From Oscillospiraceae bacterium (lineage in GTDB: Bacteria; Bacillota; Clostridia; Oscillospirales; UBA929), in assembly GCA_031550325.1 (NCBI GenBank), contig JAVBOR010000018.1:270-64269 (forward strand): 64,000 nucleotides of DNA, given 5' to 3'. The position numbers were made by a program, and so were the translations under genes. The notes under the pieces were generated by a model. It saw only the letters and a program-made list of their open reading frames with translations, was not told the DNA's origin and did no database searches. This document shows positions 1-9,504 of the stretch, in pieces. Numbering within the stretch: position 1 is the stretch's first letter; each line of letters starts with the position of its first letter.

Positions 1-153
1 AATGATTCCGATGACAACCCGGCAAACGGGGGCAAGAATTCATCCGCTCCCAAGACAGGCGACACACCTTTGCCGTTTGTATGGCTTGTGGGTGCCCTGT
101 TGGCCCTTCTGGCCGCAGCCGGCGCGTTTGTGATGAAAAAGCGCCTGAAATAA
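1..153 (+). CDS. 3' end of a sortase-anchored cell-wall surface protein (partial, runs off window start)
   Basis: Frame 1 reads NDSDDNPANGGKNSS-APKTGD-TPLPFVWLVGALLALLAAAGAFVM-KKRLK*: xPKTG sorting motif, hydrophobic helix, basic tail. Not in the ORF track. Confidence 0.9.
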   Translation, partial: NDSDDNPANGGKNSSAPKTGDTPLPFVWLVGALLALLAAAGAFVMKKRLK

Positions 154-158
154 TACCC

Positions 159-194
159 ACAACGGCATGGCGACTGACGTCGCCATGCCGTTGT
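159..194. terminator. Bidirectional terminator-like hairpin between convergent genes
   Basis: Perfect 16-bp inverted repeat ACAACGGCATGGCGAC-tgac-GTCGCCATGCCGTTGT; no clear U-tract. Confidence 0.7.
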
Positions 195-231
195 ACTTAC
201 CCCGCAGTCTCTCCGGGATCTTGGAGCGTCT

Positions 232-939
232 TCAGTTTTTCAGCCTGTCCAGATCGAGAATTTTGATGACATCCCGATAGTAGTCGATGATCCCGTCCTG
301 CTTCATTTTCGCCATTTCACGAGACAGCGAGGACTGCGGCATAAACAAATAGGCAGCCAGCTCCGTGCGGTTGAGTGGCAGTTCAAGCTGCGTTTGCCCA
401 TAAAAACAGTACATTTCATAAATGTATGTGGCGATTTTTTGCCTGACGGATGTGTTGCGCAGGCATCGCAATGCAATCATCTGTTTTTCCGCGTACTTGC
501 ACACACAGTAGACATAGTTTTGATAGATCCGGTTGGTAAAAACCGCAGGGTCGAGCTCCGCATTCAAGATGGTTTTTTTTTCAAAAAAAAGCAGCTTGCA
601 TTGGGAACGCGCGATATAGTCCGTAGCCCAGCTTTTGCGGTTGGGGAGCATGAGAATGACCTCTCCGAACATTTGCCCCGGCTGAATTCTGTCATACACC
701 GATTTTTCGCCCGTCGCAGTGCTGCGAAGCTGCAACACTTCTCCCTGCAACACCATGAAACATCCGTTGACGGCGTCGCCCTCACGCACGACATAGTCAT
801 TTCGGTTGTATTCTCTGACCGTGGGCGCCACAGATTTCAGGAATTTCTCGTACTCTTGCATGCCAATGCCCCTGCAAAAAGGGGAATTGCTCAACACATC
901 ATAATATTCTTCGTACACCTTTTTCATCCGCTCATACAA
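232..939 (-). CDS. Crp/Fnr family transcriptional regulator
   Basis: N-terminal cyclic-nucleotide-binding fold (YVVREGD...GQMFGEV) and C-terminal HTH (LPLNRTELAAYLFMPQSSLSRE). Confidence 0.9.
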   Translation of the reverse strand: MYERMKKVYEEYYDVLSNSPFCRGIGMQEYEKFLKSVAPTVREYNRNDYVVREGDAVNGCFMVLQGEVLQLRSTATGEKSVYDRIQPGQMFGEVILMLPNRKSWATDYIARSQCKLLFFEKKTILNAELDPAVFTNRIYQNYVYCVCKYAEKQMIALRCLRNTSVRQKIATYIYEMYCFYGQTQLELPLNRTELAAYLFMPQSSLSREMAKMKQDGIIDYYRDVIKILDLDRLKN

Positions 940-1093
940 TATTTTGATTATTTTGTCCGATAACTAGTCAATATATTATCGATGAAGTGAAGCGGACTCT
1001 TGAGTGCATGTCCCGAAATATTTCGCACACTTGCAAAAGAAAACGAAATCATCGCCAACCAGTTGGCGGTGATTCCAAAATTTATCTGGTGAG

Positions 1094-1852
1094 GTGTTTG
1101 CCTTGAGAAAAGCACTTTCCCTTATCATGGTGGTTGCGTTGATCGCGGCGTTGTTTTGTGTCGGCGCCTATCTGTCCGACCTGCGGCAAAGAGAGGAGGA
1201 AACCCAGAGTATCGACGCGGCGCGCGCAGACAAGCCATCCGTACCCCCGTTGGAAACTCCGGATGCGCAAATGTCAGAGCGCACTGAGGCGCCGGTTTTG
1301 ACGGTCATGGACTTCTCGTCTCTCCAAACGCGCAATCCGGACATTGTCGCGTGGATTTCCATTGACGACACAGATATTGACTATGCCGTCACACAGACTG
1401 ACAACAATGACTTTTACCTGCGGCATGATATGTATAGGGAGAAAAACCGGAACGGCTCCCTCTTTCTGGACAGCGCGAACAGCGCCGACTTCAGCGACCC
1501 GAACAGTATCATTTACGGGCACAACATGCGTTCAGGCGCCATGTTCGCCGGGCTCAATCGATTCAAGGATCGGTCGTATTTTGATGCCCACAAAACAGGC
1601 CGGCTGTTCACACTGGACAAAACTTACTCTCTGGACATTTTCGCGGTGGCCGTTGTGCCGGCGGTGGGTGACGCGTACACGAAGGTATTCGCTTCCGCAT
1701 CCGAATGGGACACGTTTTTGCAAAAATTGAAGGACGACGCGCTTTTTTCGCGGGCGGAAGCGCTTGCGTGGGAAACGCGCCTGATTACCCTTTCCACATG
1801 CTCGTATGAATTTGACAACTCCAGAACCATTCTCGTTGCCAAAGTGACGTAG
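1094..1852 (+). CDS. srtB: Class B sortase
   Basis: N-terminal membrane anchor; NPDIVAWI, YGHNM (His), TLSTC (Cys) and downstream Arg. Confidence 0.93.
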   Translation: MFALRKALSLIMVVALIAALFCVGAYLSDLRQREEETQSIDAARADKPSVPPLETPDAQMSERTEAPVLTVMDFSSLQTRNPDIVAWISIDDTDIDYAVTQTDNNDFYLRHDMYREKNRNGSLFLDSANSADFSDPNSIIYGHNMRSGAMFAGLNRFKDRSYFDAHKTGRLFTLDKTYSLDIFAVAVVPAVGDAYTKVFASASEWDTFLQKLKDDALFSRAEALAWETRLITLSTCSYEFDNSRTILVAKVT

Positions 1853-1867
1853 GCAAACACCGATTGC

Positions 1868-3553
1868 TCAATTTGAGCGCAATATATCAAAGGTGTTGTA
1901 CAGGTTGAGCGTCCCATAGCCCCACTGCGGATTGGGGTACTTGATGTGCACGTCACGTATGCAACCCGAAATCATCAGGGCGCGGATGCGATATGTGTTA
2001 AGAGCGATGTCGTTTCCGTCCACAACCCCCCACTGGAGCATCAGCGCGCCCGCCCCCGCGGTAACGGCTGCGGCTACACTGGTGCCGCTCATGGTGCCGT
2101 GACCGCCCGGATATGTGCCCTTCACATTGCCGCCGGGCGCACAAAAATCAGGTTTGGGAACAGGCAACCTGGTCGGCCCCCAAGAGGACTCTGCCAAAAG
2201 ACTCTTTGTTGTGGCGTCATATGCGCCGCATGTGATCACACCGATCGCCGTGCCCGGAACCACAACCGTAACTTCCGGGGCGGGTTTCAAAAACTCTATC
2301 CCCGGTGTAACCTGGCCGGTGATAGGCATCCAGATGTGATAGGTTCCGTCAAGCACAATGTCGCCGGTCACGGAGAGCGTCCATATGCCGGGGGTGGGAT
2401 CCAGGATTTTTACATAGGCAAGCTGTGCGCCGGAACCGCCCACGGGGTAGAAGAACTTGACGATCACCTGGGCTCTTTCAAAGACAAACGTGGAATCCAC
2501 GCGTGTACCGGATTTTGGCGGAAAACGTCCGGTTGATTCGCCTGTGGGGGAGTGCAGCGAAATGGACAGCCGGTCGGTGCCCTGGTTCCACATTTGAAAA
2601 AGAAAGCTCTCCGGATTTTCGGGCACCTTGATCTCCACGTCCTGAGAGCTCCCCTGGCTGGGGATCTTGCCCTGCGTGTGATGCCTGGCCTGACTCTCAT
2701 TTCCGCCGGAGACACACAGGCAAACGGCCGTCCGATTGGAGATGGCGCTCAGGTATTCCTCCAGGTGCTGAAATCCGTCGTGGCCGCCAAGGTTGCTACC
2801 CAGTCCGATGCAGATGGACACAGGCATTTTGAGGCTTCTGGCGCGGCCAATAATATACTCAATGGCCAGCATAATATCACTGGATTCATATACCTCATTC
2901 TGCTTTGCAGGAACAAGGAATTCCTCCAGATAGAAGCCTCTGCATTTGCGCAGCTTAACGGCAATAATGCCGGCGTCGGGAGCCGCGCCCATGTACTCTC
3001 CGCTTTCTCGGCCCCCCGCGACGGACGCCAAAAATGTTCCGTGACCTACATTGTCGCGGTGAGAAACGACAGCATATGGGTCATCCGAACCGAGGGCGCT
3101 GCTGACGGCTTCCTCGTCGAATTCTGTCCCAAAGTGCAGCTCCGGCGGCGGAGCGCCCTCAACGGTCTGATCCCAAATGTATTTGATCTTCGTGCTTCCG
3201 TCCTCATAGCGAAAAGCGGGCTTGGTGTAGTCGATTCCCGTGTCAACAAACCCCAACAGCGTGCCGCGTCCGGTCAGATCCATATACGGCTGGCTGTGCA
3301 GCTGTTCAATGCCTGCGGCTTCATTACTTTTTTCGTCGAGCAAACCGTTTGCTGTCGGATAGACACCCACTGTGTTGGCGCCGAGATGGTTCATCACATA
3401 GGGAAGGTTGGCCTCTTCGATATAGATGATCGTGATTTCGCCGATAAGATTATAGCGACCCAGTATGACGCCGCTCATTTCCAGGCTGTCCAAGAGGACT
3501 TTTCGGCTCTTGATGACCAGATCAACGGTGGTGGGCGTTTCAAAATTTTCCAT
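1868..3553 (-). CDS. Csp-family S8 subtilisin-like spore germination protease (CspA/CspC-like)
   Basis: Intact triad FVDTG / GHGT / GTSVAAA, jelly-roll insertion, YPNPQWGYG C-terminus. Confidence 0.9.
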   Translation of the reverse strand: MENFETPTTVDLVIKSRKVLLDSLEMSGVILGRYNLIGEITIIYIEEANLPYVMNHLGANTVGVYPTANGLLDEKSNEAAGIEQLHSQPYMDLTGRGTLLGFVDTGIDYTKPAFRYEDGSTKIKYIWDQTVEGAPPPELHFGTEFDEEAVSSALGSDDPYAVVSHRDNVGHGTFLASVAGGRESGEYMGAAPDAGIIAVKLRKCRGFYLEEFLVPAKQNEVYESSDIMLAIEYIIGRARSLKMPVSICIGLGSNLGGHDGFQHLEEYLSAISNRTAVCLCVSGGNESQARHHTQGKIPSQGSSQDVEIKVPENPESFLFQMWNQGTDRLSISLHSPTGESTGRFPPKSGTRVDSTFVFERAQVIVKFFYPVGGSGAQLAYVKILDPTPGIWTLSVTGDIVLDGTYHIWMPITGQVTPGIEFLKPAPEVTVVVPGTAIGVITCGAYDATTKSLLAESSWGPTRLPVPKPDFCAPGGNVKGTYPGGHGTMSGTSVAAAVTAGAGALMLQWGVVDGNDIALNTYRIRALMISGCIRDVHIKYPNPQWGYGTLNLYNTFDILRSN

Positions 3554-3565
3554 ATTCCGAACCTC

Positions 3566-3829
3566 TTAAAAAAAGCGATCGATGTAATTTATGTCTACCC
3601 GTACGTAGTGCCAACGCCTGTTGTGCCAAAGATATCCCAATGCAACCCCGCGTGACAGTCCTGTCGGGTACATCCAGAATCCCTGTGTAAACCCATGTCC
3701 GCGTTCTATCCAGACATAGATATAGGTGCGCAAGTAGTCCGACAGCACTGCAGGTATTTGTTTGCGGCTGCATACGGTGCAGGATTCCGGGGTAATCGCC
3801 GGCGGGGCGGATGGCGGATATGCGATCAT
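3566..3829 (-). CDS. Small Pro-rich hypothetical protein inside the csp operon
   Basis: RBS GAGGTG before ATG at 3829; PPSAPP...YIYVW...FWMYP...GYLW...W pattern resembling small Firmicutes spore-associated proteins. Confidence 0.75.
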   Translation of the reverse strand: MIAYPPSAPPAITPESCTVCSRKQIPAVLSDYLRTYIYVWIERGHGFTQGFWMYPTGLSRGVALGYLWHNRRWHYVRVDINYIDRFF

Positions 3830-3833
3830 GTTC

Positions 3834-5387
3834 TCACCTCGACAGGAGATCAATTGAGTTTTTTAAGCAGAGCTTTCCATAGCCCCATACCGGACTGGGA
3901 TATTCAACTCCGTTGTCGCGGATAGCGCCCTTGATCAGCGCGGCTTTCAGGCGTTCGCCATACATAAAAGGATCCTTGCCCGCAATCACGCCCCACTCCA
4001 TCAACAACGCCGCGGCGGCTGTAGCGAAGGGCGCCGCCATACTGGTTCCGTTATAGGCGTCTACACCGCCGCCTGCTCTGGCGGAAACGACATTGACCGC
4101 GGGCGCGACAATATCCGGCTTGATGGCCCCCGTCCTCGTAAAACCGCGTCCCGAAAAGCTGGCGGATGTGTTGAGCAGGTCGTCGTACCCACCCACCGTA
4201 ATGACTTTGTCGGAGGTAGATGGCAGCGTCAGGGTGACATAGGGATCCGGGGCGGCAAATGCTGTTTTGACCGATACTTCCTCCACTGTGGGCAGCCAAA
4301 GGCTGAAGTCACCGTCTATAATCTCCCGGCCTCTGATTTCCACACGCCAAATGCCCCCGGGAATGCCTGATGCCCCGTAGAACAGAAAGTGAACTCCCTG
4401 GCTTCGGCTGTATGGCGTGGGTTCTGAGCCGTAAATGCTGACAGTGGTGTCTTTGCCGACATGCATAGTGGTGATCTGCCCGGCCAGGCCGCTCATTTTT
4501 GTCCCGTCGGGAGCGACGAGCGCAACCTCCATGTCGTCAGTAAAGCTTTTCCAAAGGCTGAGATACAATGTACTCAATCCGGAGGGGACACTAAAATCCG
4601 CGCTTTGTGACTGCCAGGAGCGAATGAACCCGGAATAGCGATGCCCGGCGGCGCCTTCGTTTCCCGTTGCCACGATTACGGAGGTTTTCCATTTGGCGGA
4701 CATTTCATCGATGAAGGTCTCGAACAAGGTTCGCCCGTCGTGCGGACCTTCGTTGGTTCCGTAGCTAATATTGACGCACACAGGCATTTTTAGCTGCCTG
4801 GCTTCGTCCACGATGTACGTAAGCGCCCGCATCAGTTCCGTGTTCATCGAATAGTTGCTGCCGGCTATCCCGCCGAGCTTGACAATGATCAAAGAGGCGC
4901 CGGGCGCGCCCGAAGCGGCAATGCCCGCCACGGCCGTGCCATGCCCGATCGTGTCGGTTTCCGGCACGACCGTCTCCGGCGCTTCCGAACGCAGCGCTCT
5001 GTCAATCTCCGCACGGTCATATGCTTTTTTTTGCGTCTGATCGTACAGTATTTCGATGCGCGTGGAGCCGTCCGCATTTCTAAAGTCGGGATGAGTGTAA
5101 TCGATCCCGGAGTCGATGATCCCAATGAGCACACCGGCCCCCGTCAAGTTATATGGCGGTTCACCCGCCTGCGGGATGCAGCTTCGTCTCAGAGCATCCG
5201 CGCGCATTAGCGCGAGAGGCTTTGGGAGTTCAATGTACTCAATTTGGGGATACGTGTATAGCGCAGGAATATCCTCTTCCCGCCGCAAGTCAACGATGGC
5301 GTAATTCTCATCCAGCAGTTCGACGGAGGCATTCAACTCCGATTCGATCTGTTTAAGACTATCATGGTACTTTACGATCACTTCCAT
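3834..5387 (-). CDS. Csp-family S8 protease (CspB-like)
   Basis: Intact triad IIDSG / GHGT / GTSMAAP; short prodomain; YPSPVWGYG. Confidence 0.9.
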   Translation of the reverse strand: MEVIVKYHDSLKQIESELNASVELLDENYAIVDLRREEDIPALYTYPQIEYIELPKPLALMRADALRRSCIPQAGEPPYNLTGAGVLIGIIDSGIDYTHPDFRNADGSTRIEILYDQTQKKAYDRAEIDRALRSEAPETVVPETDTIGHGTAVAGIAASGAPGASLIIVKLGGIAGSNYSMNTELMRALTYIVDEARQLKMPVCVNISYGTNEGPHDGRTLFETFIDEMSAKWKTSVIVATGNEGAAGHRYSGFIRSWQSQSADFSVPSGLSTLYLSLWKSFTDDMEVALVAPDGTKMSGLAGQITTMHVGKDTTVSIYGSEPTPYSRSQGVHFLFYGASGIPGGIWRVEIRGREIIDGDFSLWLPTVEEVSVKTAFAAPDPYVTLTLPSTSDKVITVGGYDDLLNTSASFSGRGFTRTGAIKPDIVAPAVNVVSARAGGGVDAYNGTSMAAPFATAAAALLMEWGVIAGKDPFMYGERLKAALIKGAIRDNGVEYPSPVWGYGKLCLKNSIDLLSR

Positions 5388-5403
5388 TGACACACCCCGA
5401 CGT

Positions 5404-5490
5404 CATTTTATGCGTTGAGCACGGTTCCGGTTCACATTTTTCTGTCTCACCGGAAACCAGGCGCGAAAAATTGACAAGAAGCATAGAATA
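5404..5490. promoter_or_regulatory. Divergent putative mother-cell (sigE/sigK-type) -10 boxes for the csp operon and sleC
   Basis: CATAAAATG on the minus strand (5412-5404) and CATAGAATA on the plus strand (5482-5490) fit CATAnnnT(A); -35 elements are weak. Confidence 0.4.
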
Positions 5491-5515
5491 AAGAAACGAA
5501 TTGGGAGTGATCAAA

Positions 5516-6733
5516 TTGGCGGATACCGGAAAGTTGACTGTCAATGTATACGACGGCGGAATCGGCAAACCGATAGAAGGCGCCACCGTCAAAATTGTTG
5601 ACCAGGGGGCCAGAACCGTCCATCAGACACAAAGCGACTCCTTCGGTGCAGTTCACACGTTCGGAATGTCGGCGCCTCCGAAGGAATATTCCTTGCAACA
5701 GGGACCGGACAGGCCGTACAGCGAATACCTGATCGAGGTGTTAGCCGAGGGCTACGGGAAAAAGACAGTTGAAGGCGTGCAGGTGTTTTCGGATGTGACG
5801 GCGCAGCAAAATGTGATTCTCCAAAAAGACGGAGGCGAAACCCGCGCAAGTGTCCCCCCTCCGGTACTGTGGGGCGCCTATCCGTCTAAACTGCCGGAGG
5901 AAGATACAAAACCACTTCCGTCGTCGAAAAACTATGTGGTTTTGCCGGATCCGGTGATTCCGGCCCAGGTCATTGTGCATGAGGGCGTGCCCACCGACAA
6001 TACGGCGCGCAACACCTGGGTATCCTTTCCCGACTATGTAAAAAATGTGGCCTCCAGCGAGATCTATGCCACCTGGCCCGACGCCGCGATACGCGCCAAT
6101 GTCCTGGCCATCATTTCCTTTACGCTCAACCGTGTTTATACGGAGTGGTACAGAGGCAAGGGCTATAATTTTACCATCACAAACTCGACGGCCTACGACC
6201 AGGCCTTCAGCCGTGACAGAACGATTTACAAGGAAATTGCCGTTGTGGTGGATGAAATGTTCACCACCTTTATCACCAAGGAGGCGATACGCCAGCCCTT
6301 GCTGACGCAGTATTGCGACGGCCGCAATGTCTCCTGCCCCGGCTGGATGACACAGTGGGGCTCCAAGGAGCAAGCCGAACGCGGCATGACAGCCGTCGAC
6401 ATCTTGAAAAATGCGTACGGGCAGGATATTTTCCTGATGCAGGCCAACAAGGTTGACGGCGTGCCCAAATCGTTTCCCGGAACCAACCTCCAGACCGGAT
6501 CAAGGGGGCAGTCGGTCAGAACCATTCAGGAACAGCTCAACGGCATCTCGGGGAACTACCCCGCCATCAAAAAGCAGAAGGTGGACGGCGTCTATGGTCC
6601 AGCTACACGCGAGGCCGTGGAAGTCTTCCAGCGCGCGTTCGGGCTGCCGGTCACCGGGATTGTGGACTTTGGTACATGGTACAAGATTTCCGATGTCTAC
6701 GTGGCCGTGACAAGGATGGCCGAACTGCGCTGA
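5516..6733 (+). CDS. sleC: Spore cortex-lytic enzyme SleC
   Basis: N-terminal pre/pro region, DYVKNVASSEIYATWP...LNRVYTEWY...STAYDQAF catalytic region, C-terminal PG-binding domain (VDGVYGPATREAVEVFQ); TTG start after GGGAGTGA. Confidence 0.92.
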   Translation: MADTGKLTVNVYDGGIGKPIEGATVKIVDQGARTVHQTQSDSFGAVHTFGMSAPPKEYSLQQGPDRPYSEYLIEVLAEGYGKKTVEGVQVFSDVTAQQNVILQKDGGETRASVPPPVLWGAYPSKLPEEDTKPLPSSKNYVVLPDPVIPAQVIVHEGVPTDNTARNTWVSFPDYVKNVASSEIYATWPDAAIRANVLAIISFTLNRVYTEWYRGKGYNFTITNSTAYDQAFSRDRTIYKEIAVVVDEMFTTFITKEAIRQPLLTQYCDGRNVSCPGWMTQWGSKEQAERGMTAVDILKNAYGQDIFLMQANKVDGVPKSFPGTNLQTGSRGQSVRTIQEQLNGISGNYPAIKKQKVDGVYGPATREAVEVFQRAFGLPVTGIVDFGTWYKISDVYVAVTRMAELR

Positions 6734-6912
6734 CAGCGGGCATGGAAACTGCCTTTCTTCATGCGGTAGCTCACGCAAGCATTGAAGGGATATTTCACAC
6801 CGCAGAGTTTGTCGAAAATTTTTTTCAAAAATTTTGATAAGGTTTTCCCATTTCCTTGGCTATAATAAGTATCCCCCGGCACTGCAGGGGGTTTTCTTCA
6901 TTACAAATAAAC

Positions 6913-6946
6913 AAAGAGAGCGCCGTAGAAATCCGGTGCTCTCTTT
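6913..6946 (-). terminator. Rho-independent terminator of the luxE/luxC-like operon
   Basis: AAAGAGAGCGCCG-8nt-CGGTGCTCTCTTT hairpin followed by a T-rich tract on the minus strand. Confidence 0.7.
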
Positions 6947-7000
6947 CTGCCTGGATATGGCGCACTTTCATAAGGTTACTCAACACTGACAAACGGAAAC

Positions 7001-8287
7001 TTACTCCACCGTCGCCACTTTCGTATATCGCCTCAGCGGATATTCCCCGTCGTGGGGCATGCCGGAGTATGCTGCCGACATGCGTTCTCCAGAACAGACG
7101 CGCACAACGCCGGATTTGAGGAGTTGCTCTGTCAGCTCCTCTTTTTCGTCCTCGGAGCAGAGCAGCGCGGCGGTTTGCAGGTAGTTTTTGTAAGGTCGAA
7201 TGGCCTTGAGCAGCTCGTTGCGCGGAAGCGGCTTGACCCACGCGTTGCCAAAGCCGATGGCGGGCTCAAGAGTTTTCTTGTTGCAGGCTGTCAGGCTGCA
7301 AGCATTGCCTTTAAAGATACGGTGTCCCGTATAAATCGTCTCAAGCTCGGCGCTGTACAGCTGCAAAGCGGCCTGTGCCCTGACGCCGATATCAAGCCCC
7401 TGGGTGTTTTGGCTTACCGCGTTCTCCAGAAACGGCAGAAACCGGCAGCAAAACGCATAGACCTCGTCCAAATCCTCCGTGTCCACAAATATACCTTGAC
7501 AGGAGGAGCACAAAAGCTGCCCCGTAGCGGCGATGTTCTTTGCGATACCGGCAGGAGCACCGTCTGTCATGCCGCCCGGCGTCACATATGCAAAGCTGAT
7601 TTTATGACCCCACTCTATAAGTCTGATGTTTGGCGAAAGCATACCCCTGAACGCCGACACAGCCTCAACTCCGCCCCACACAACAACCGCGTCGGCGGCG
7701 TCAATCAGCTTGCCCAGATGCACGATATCCTTTGAAGAGTAGTCGAACACATAGATATATTCAGAGAGTGACGGCTCAATCCGGATAAGCTCCGACAGCA
7801 GCGCAACCGACACGCCGCCCTCGGCGGCAGGAAGCTTTAGGATATTAATGTTTCCTGTAAGCAAGCCTTCGAGCACCGAAAAGGCGGGCAGACCGTCGGC
7901 ATTCCCGGCGGCGACATGCAGCAGTACGCCCAGCGGCAGGATTTGCTCGTTGACAGTCGCATTTCCGGGGGTGGAAACGTATGTATACGGCTCGTTCCAG
8001 CCGCTGCCGAACTCGCGCTCCACACGAAAACGCAGGGATGCTTCGGAAAACATGACCTTAGCTTCGGCGATATAGCTTTTACCAAGCTCAGTCGGGATGC
8101 CGAGTCCCGCCATTGCGGAGAGATAAAGCGATTCGTCCAGCGTCCGCACAAGTCTGTCGCAGGCGTTGATGACCGTTTCGGGCAGAAGGCGCGGCTTGCC
8201 CAATGTCTCCAATATGCGCTCATTCAGGCTGTCCAGCACGGCGTCACAGTCTTTTGTCTCAAGGATTCTGCCGTCCACAAGATTCAT
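7001..8287 (-). CDS. LuxC-like acyl-CoA reductase (ALDH superfamily)
   Basis: PLGVLLHVAAGN, GNINILKLP, VVVWGG, EWGHKISF, QLLCSS motifs. Confidence 0.88.
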   Translation of the reverse strand: MNLVDGRILETKDCDAVLDSLNERILETLGKPRLLPETVINACDRLVRTLDESLYLSAMAGLGIPTELGKSYIAEAKVMFSEASLRFRVEREFGSGWNEPYTYVSTPGNATVNEQILPLGVLLHVAAGNADGLPAFSVLEGLLTGNINILKLPAAEGGVSVALLSELIRIEPSLSEYIYVFDYSSKDIVHLGKLIDAADAVVVWGGVEAVSAFRGMLSPNIRLIEWGHKISFAYVTPGGMTDGAPAGIAKNIAATGQLLCSSCQGIFVDTEDLDEVYAFCCRFLPFLENAVSQNTQGLDIGVRAQAALQLYSAELETIYTGHRIFKGNACSLTACNKKTLEPAIGFGNAWVKPLPRNELLKAIRPYKNYLQTAALLCSEDEKEELTEQLLKSGVVRVCSGERMSAAYSGMPHDGEYPLRRYTKVATVE

Positions 8288-9408
8288 TTCGCACCCTCCT
8301 TCAGCACCGAAAGCAGCTCGGACGCTCCCGCAGCGCAGGTTTTAATGTCGGCAAGGCCGACCCGCCCCAGCACTTCGAAATACGGCGACGTGATCCCGCA
8401 GCCGCAGTCCTCGCCCGGACGCAGTATGGCAATGTCATCGGTCATCACACTGGTAAAGGGCATGGAATACATCATGGGTGTGAGCAGGTTGAGCAGACCC
8501 GTCGTGCCGTACGGTACGGGGCACAAATCCGTGTCCCGAATGATAACACGGGAATATACCGGCACATGAAAATGGTGGTTTGGGCAGTCGAAATAGGCAA
8601 TCGGATGTTCAACAGCGCCGAAGAACTCGCGTATGCGCTCCCCGCCGATGCCCAGCGTTTGGCGGGACATCTCATAAAGCGTCTCTTTGTCCACCTGTTC
8701 GGAAAAGAACTGCTTCCACCCGCCGGCCAGAAGGACAAGGGATTTCGGGTGAAGTTTGAGCCGGATACCCGATTCATTCAGCTCGCGCAGCAGGAACATG
8801 AAATATGCCGGAAAGCCCATGAAGCGAACGGGATGCCTGCTCTTTTCGTACCGGATAAGCGCGTTTTTGATGCCCTCAAGATTGAGGACATATTCCTCGC
8901 CTGTATCACGGAGCGCGTACTCACGATGCAGGGCGGGCGCGGCATAGGTAACGGCGTAGGCCGTTTTCACCGCACCGATTTGATTGCGTTTCGCGGGCTC
9001 ATAACCCAGCACCACATAGTTTGTCGGACGGGGAGAGACAAGCCTGTGGGTGAAAAAGGTGCCGAGCACCATACCCAACCCGCGCCAGTTGGACGGCCAG
9101 TCCATTCCCATGCGGCTGACAGTGCCGCTTGTGCCCGAGGTGGTCGAGGTGAACATCAGCTTTTTAGATGTCGACAGCAGCGTGTGCCGTTTGAGAAAGA
9201 CGGTCGGTATTGGCGGGATTTTATACAGGTCATCAACGGCTTGAACGCTGTCAGGAGAAAAACCGTGCAGTTTGAGGATTTGCGCGTACTCCGGGCAGTT
9301 TTGGCTATGGTGTTCAACGTTCTCGCGCATGGCACGCACGAACAGTGTGTCTGTATTCTTGGTGTCGTATATCCCGCGGTGGTAAAACAGTTTTAGCGCT
9401 GTGTCCAT
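8284..9408 (-). CDS. LuxE-like acyl-protein synthetase
   Basis: TSTTSGTSG adenylation loop, GGWKQF, FFGAVEHP, GRVGLADIKTC; 4-bp overlap with the reductase start. Confidence 0.88.
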   Translation of the reverse strand: MDTALKLFYHRGIYDTKNTDTLFVRAMRENVEHHSQNCPEYAQILKLHGFSPDSVQAVDDLYKIPPIPTVFLKRHTLLSTSKKLMFTSTTSGTSGTVSRMGMDWPSNWRGLGMVLGTFFTHRLVSPRPTNYVVLGYEPAKRNQIGAVKTAYAVTYAAPALHREYALRDTGEEYVLNLEGIKNALIRYEKSRHPVRFMGFPAYFMFLLRELNESGIRLKLHPKSLVLLAGGWKQFFSEQVDKETLYEMSRQTLGIGGERIREFFGAVEHPIAYFDCPNHHFHVPVYSRVIIRDTDLCPVPYGTTGLLNLLTPMMYSMPFTSVMTDDIAILRPGEDCGCGITSPYFEVLGRVGLADIKTCAAGASELLSVLKEGAK

Positions 9409-9504
9409 CGGTATCCCTTCTCTCCGCAGGCATCTCGGACTATTGGGGCTTCTTGCATATAGCGCCGTTGAGTTTCTTTGCATCATATAGAGCCTATCTT
9501 AATC

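Noticed and set aside
2552-3655. Long antisense ORFs (also 19467-20744, 26970-28268, 32537-33094, 58857-60185, 61521-62789 and similar)
   Set aside because: Shadow frames opposite well-supported genes, expected from GC-rich codon bias; no motifs or RBS.
6855-6950. Small RNA from TATAAT (6861) to the hairpin at 6913-6946
   Set aside because: The hairpin is explained as the minus-strand lux-like operon terminator, and no good -35 is present.
7001-9408. Bioluminescence (lux) operon
   Set aside because: No luxA/luxB/luxD; only the reductase and synthetase homologues.
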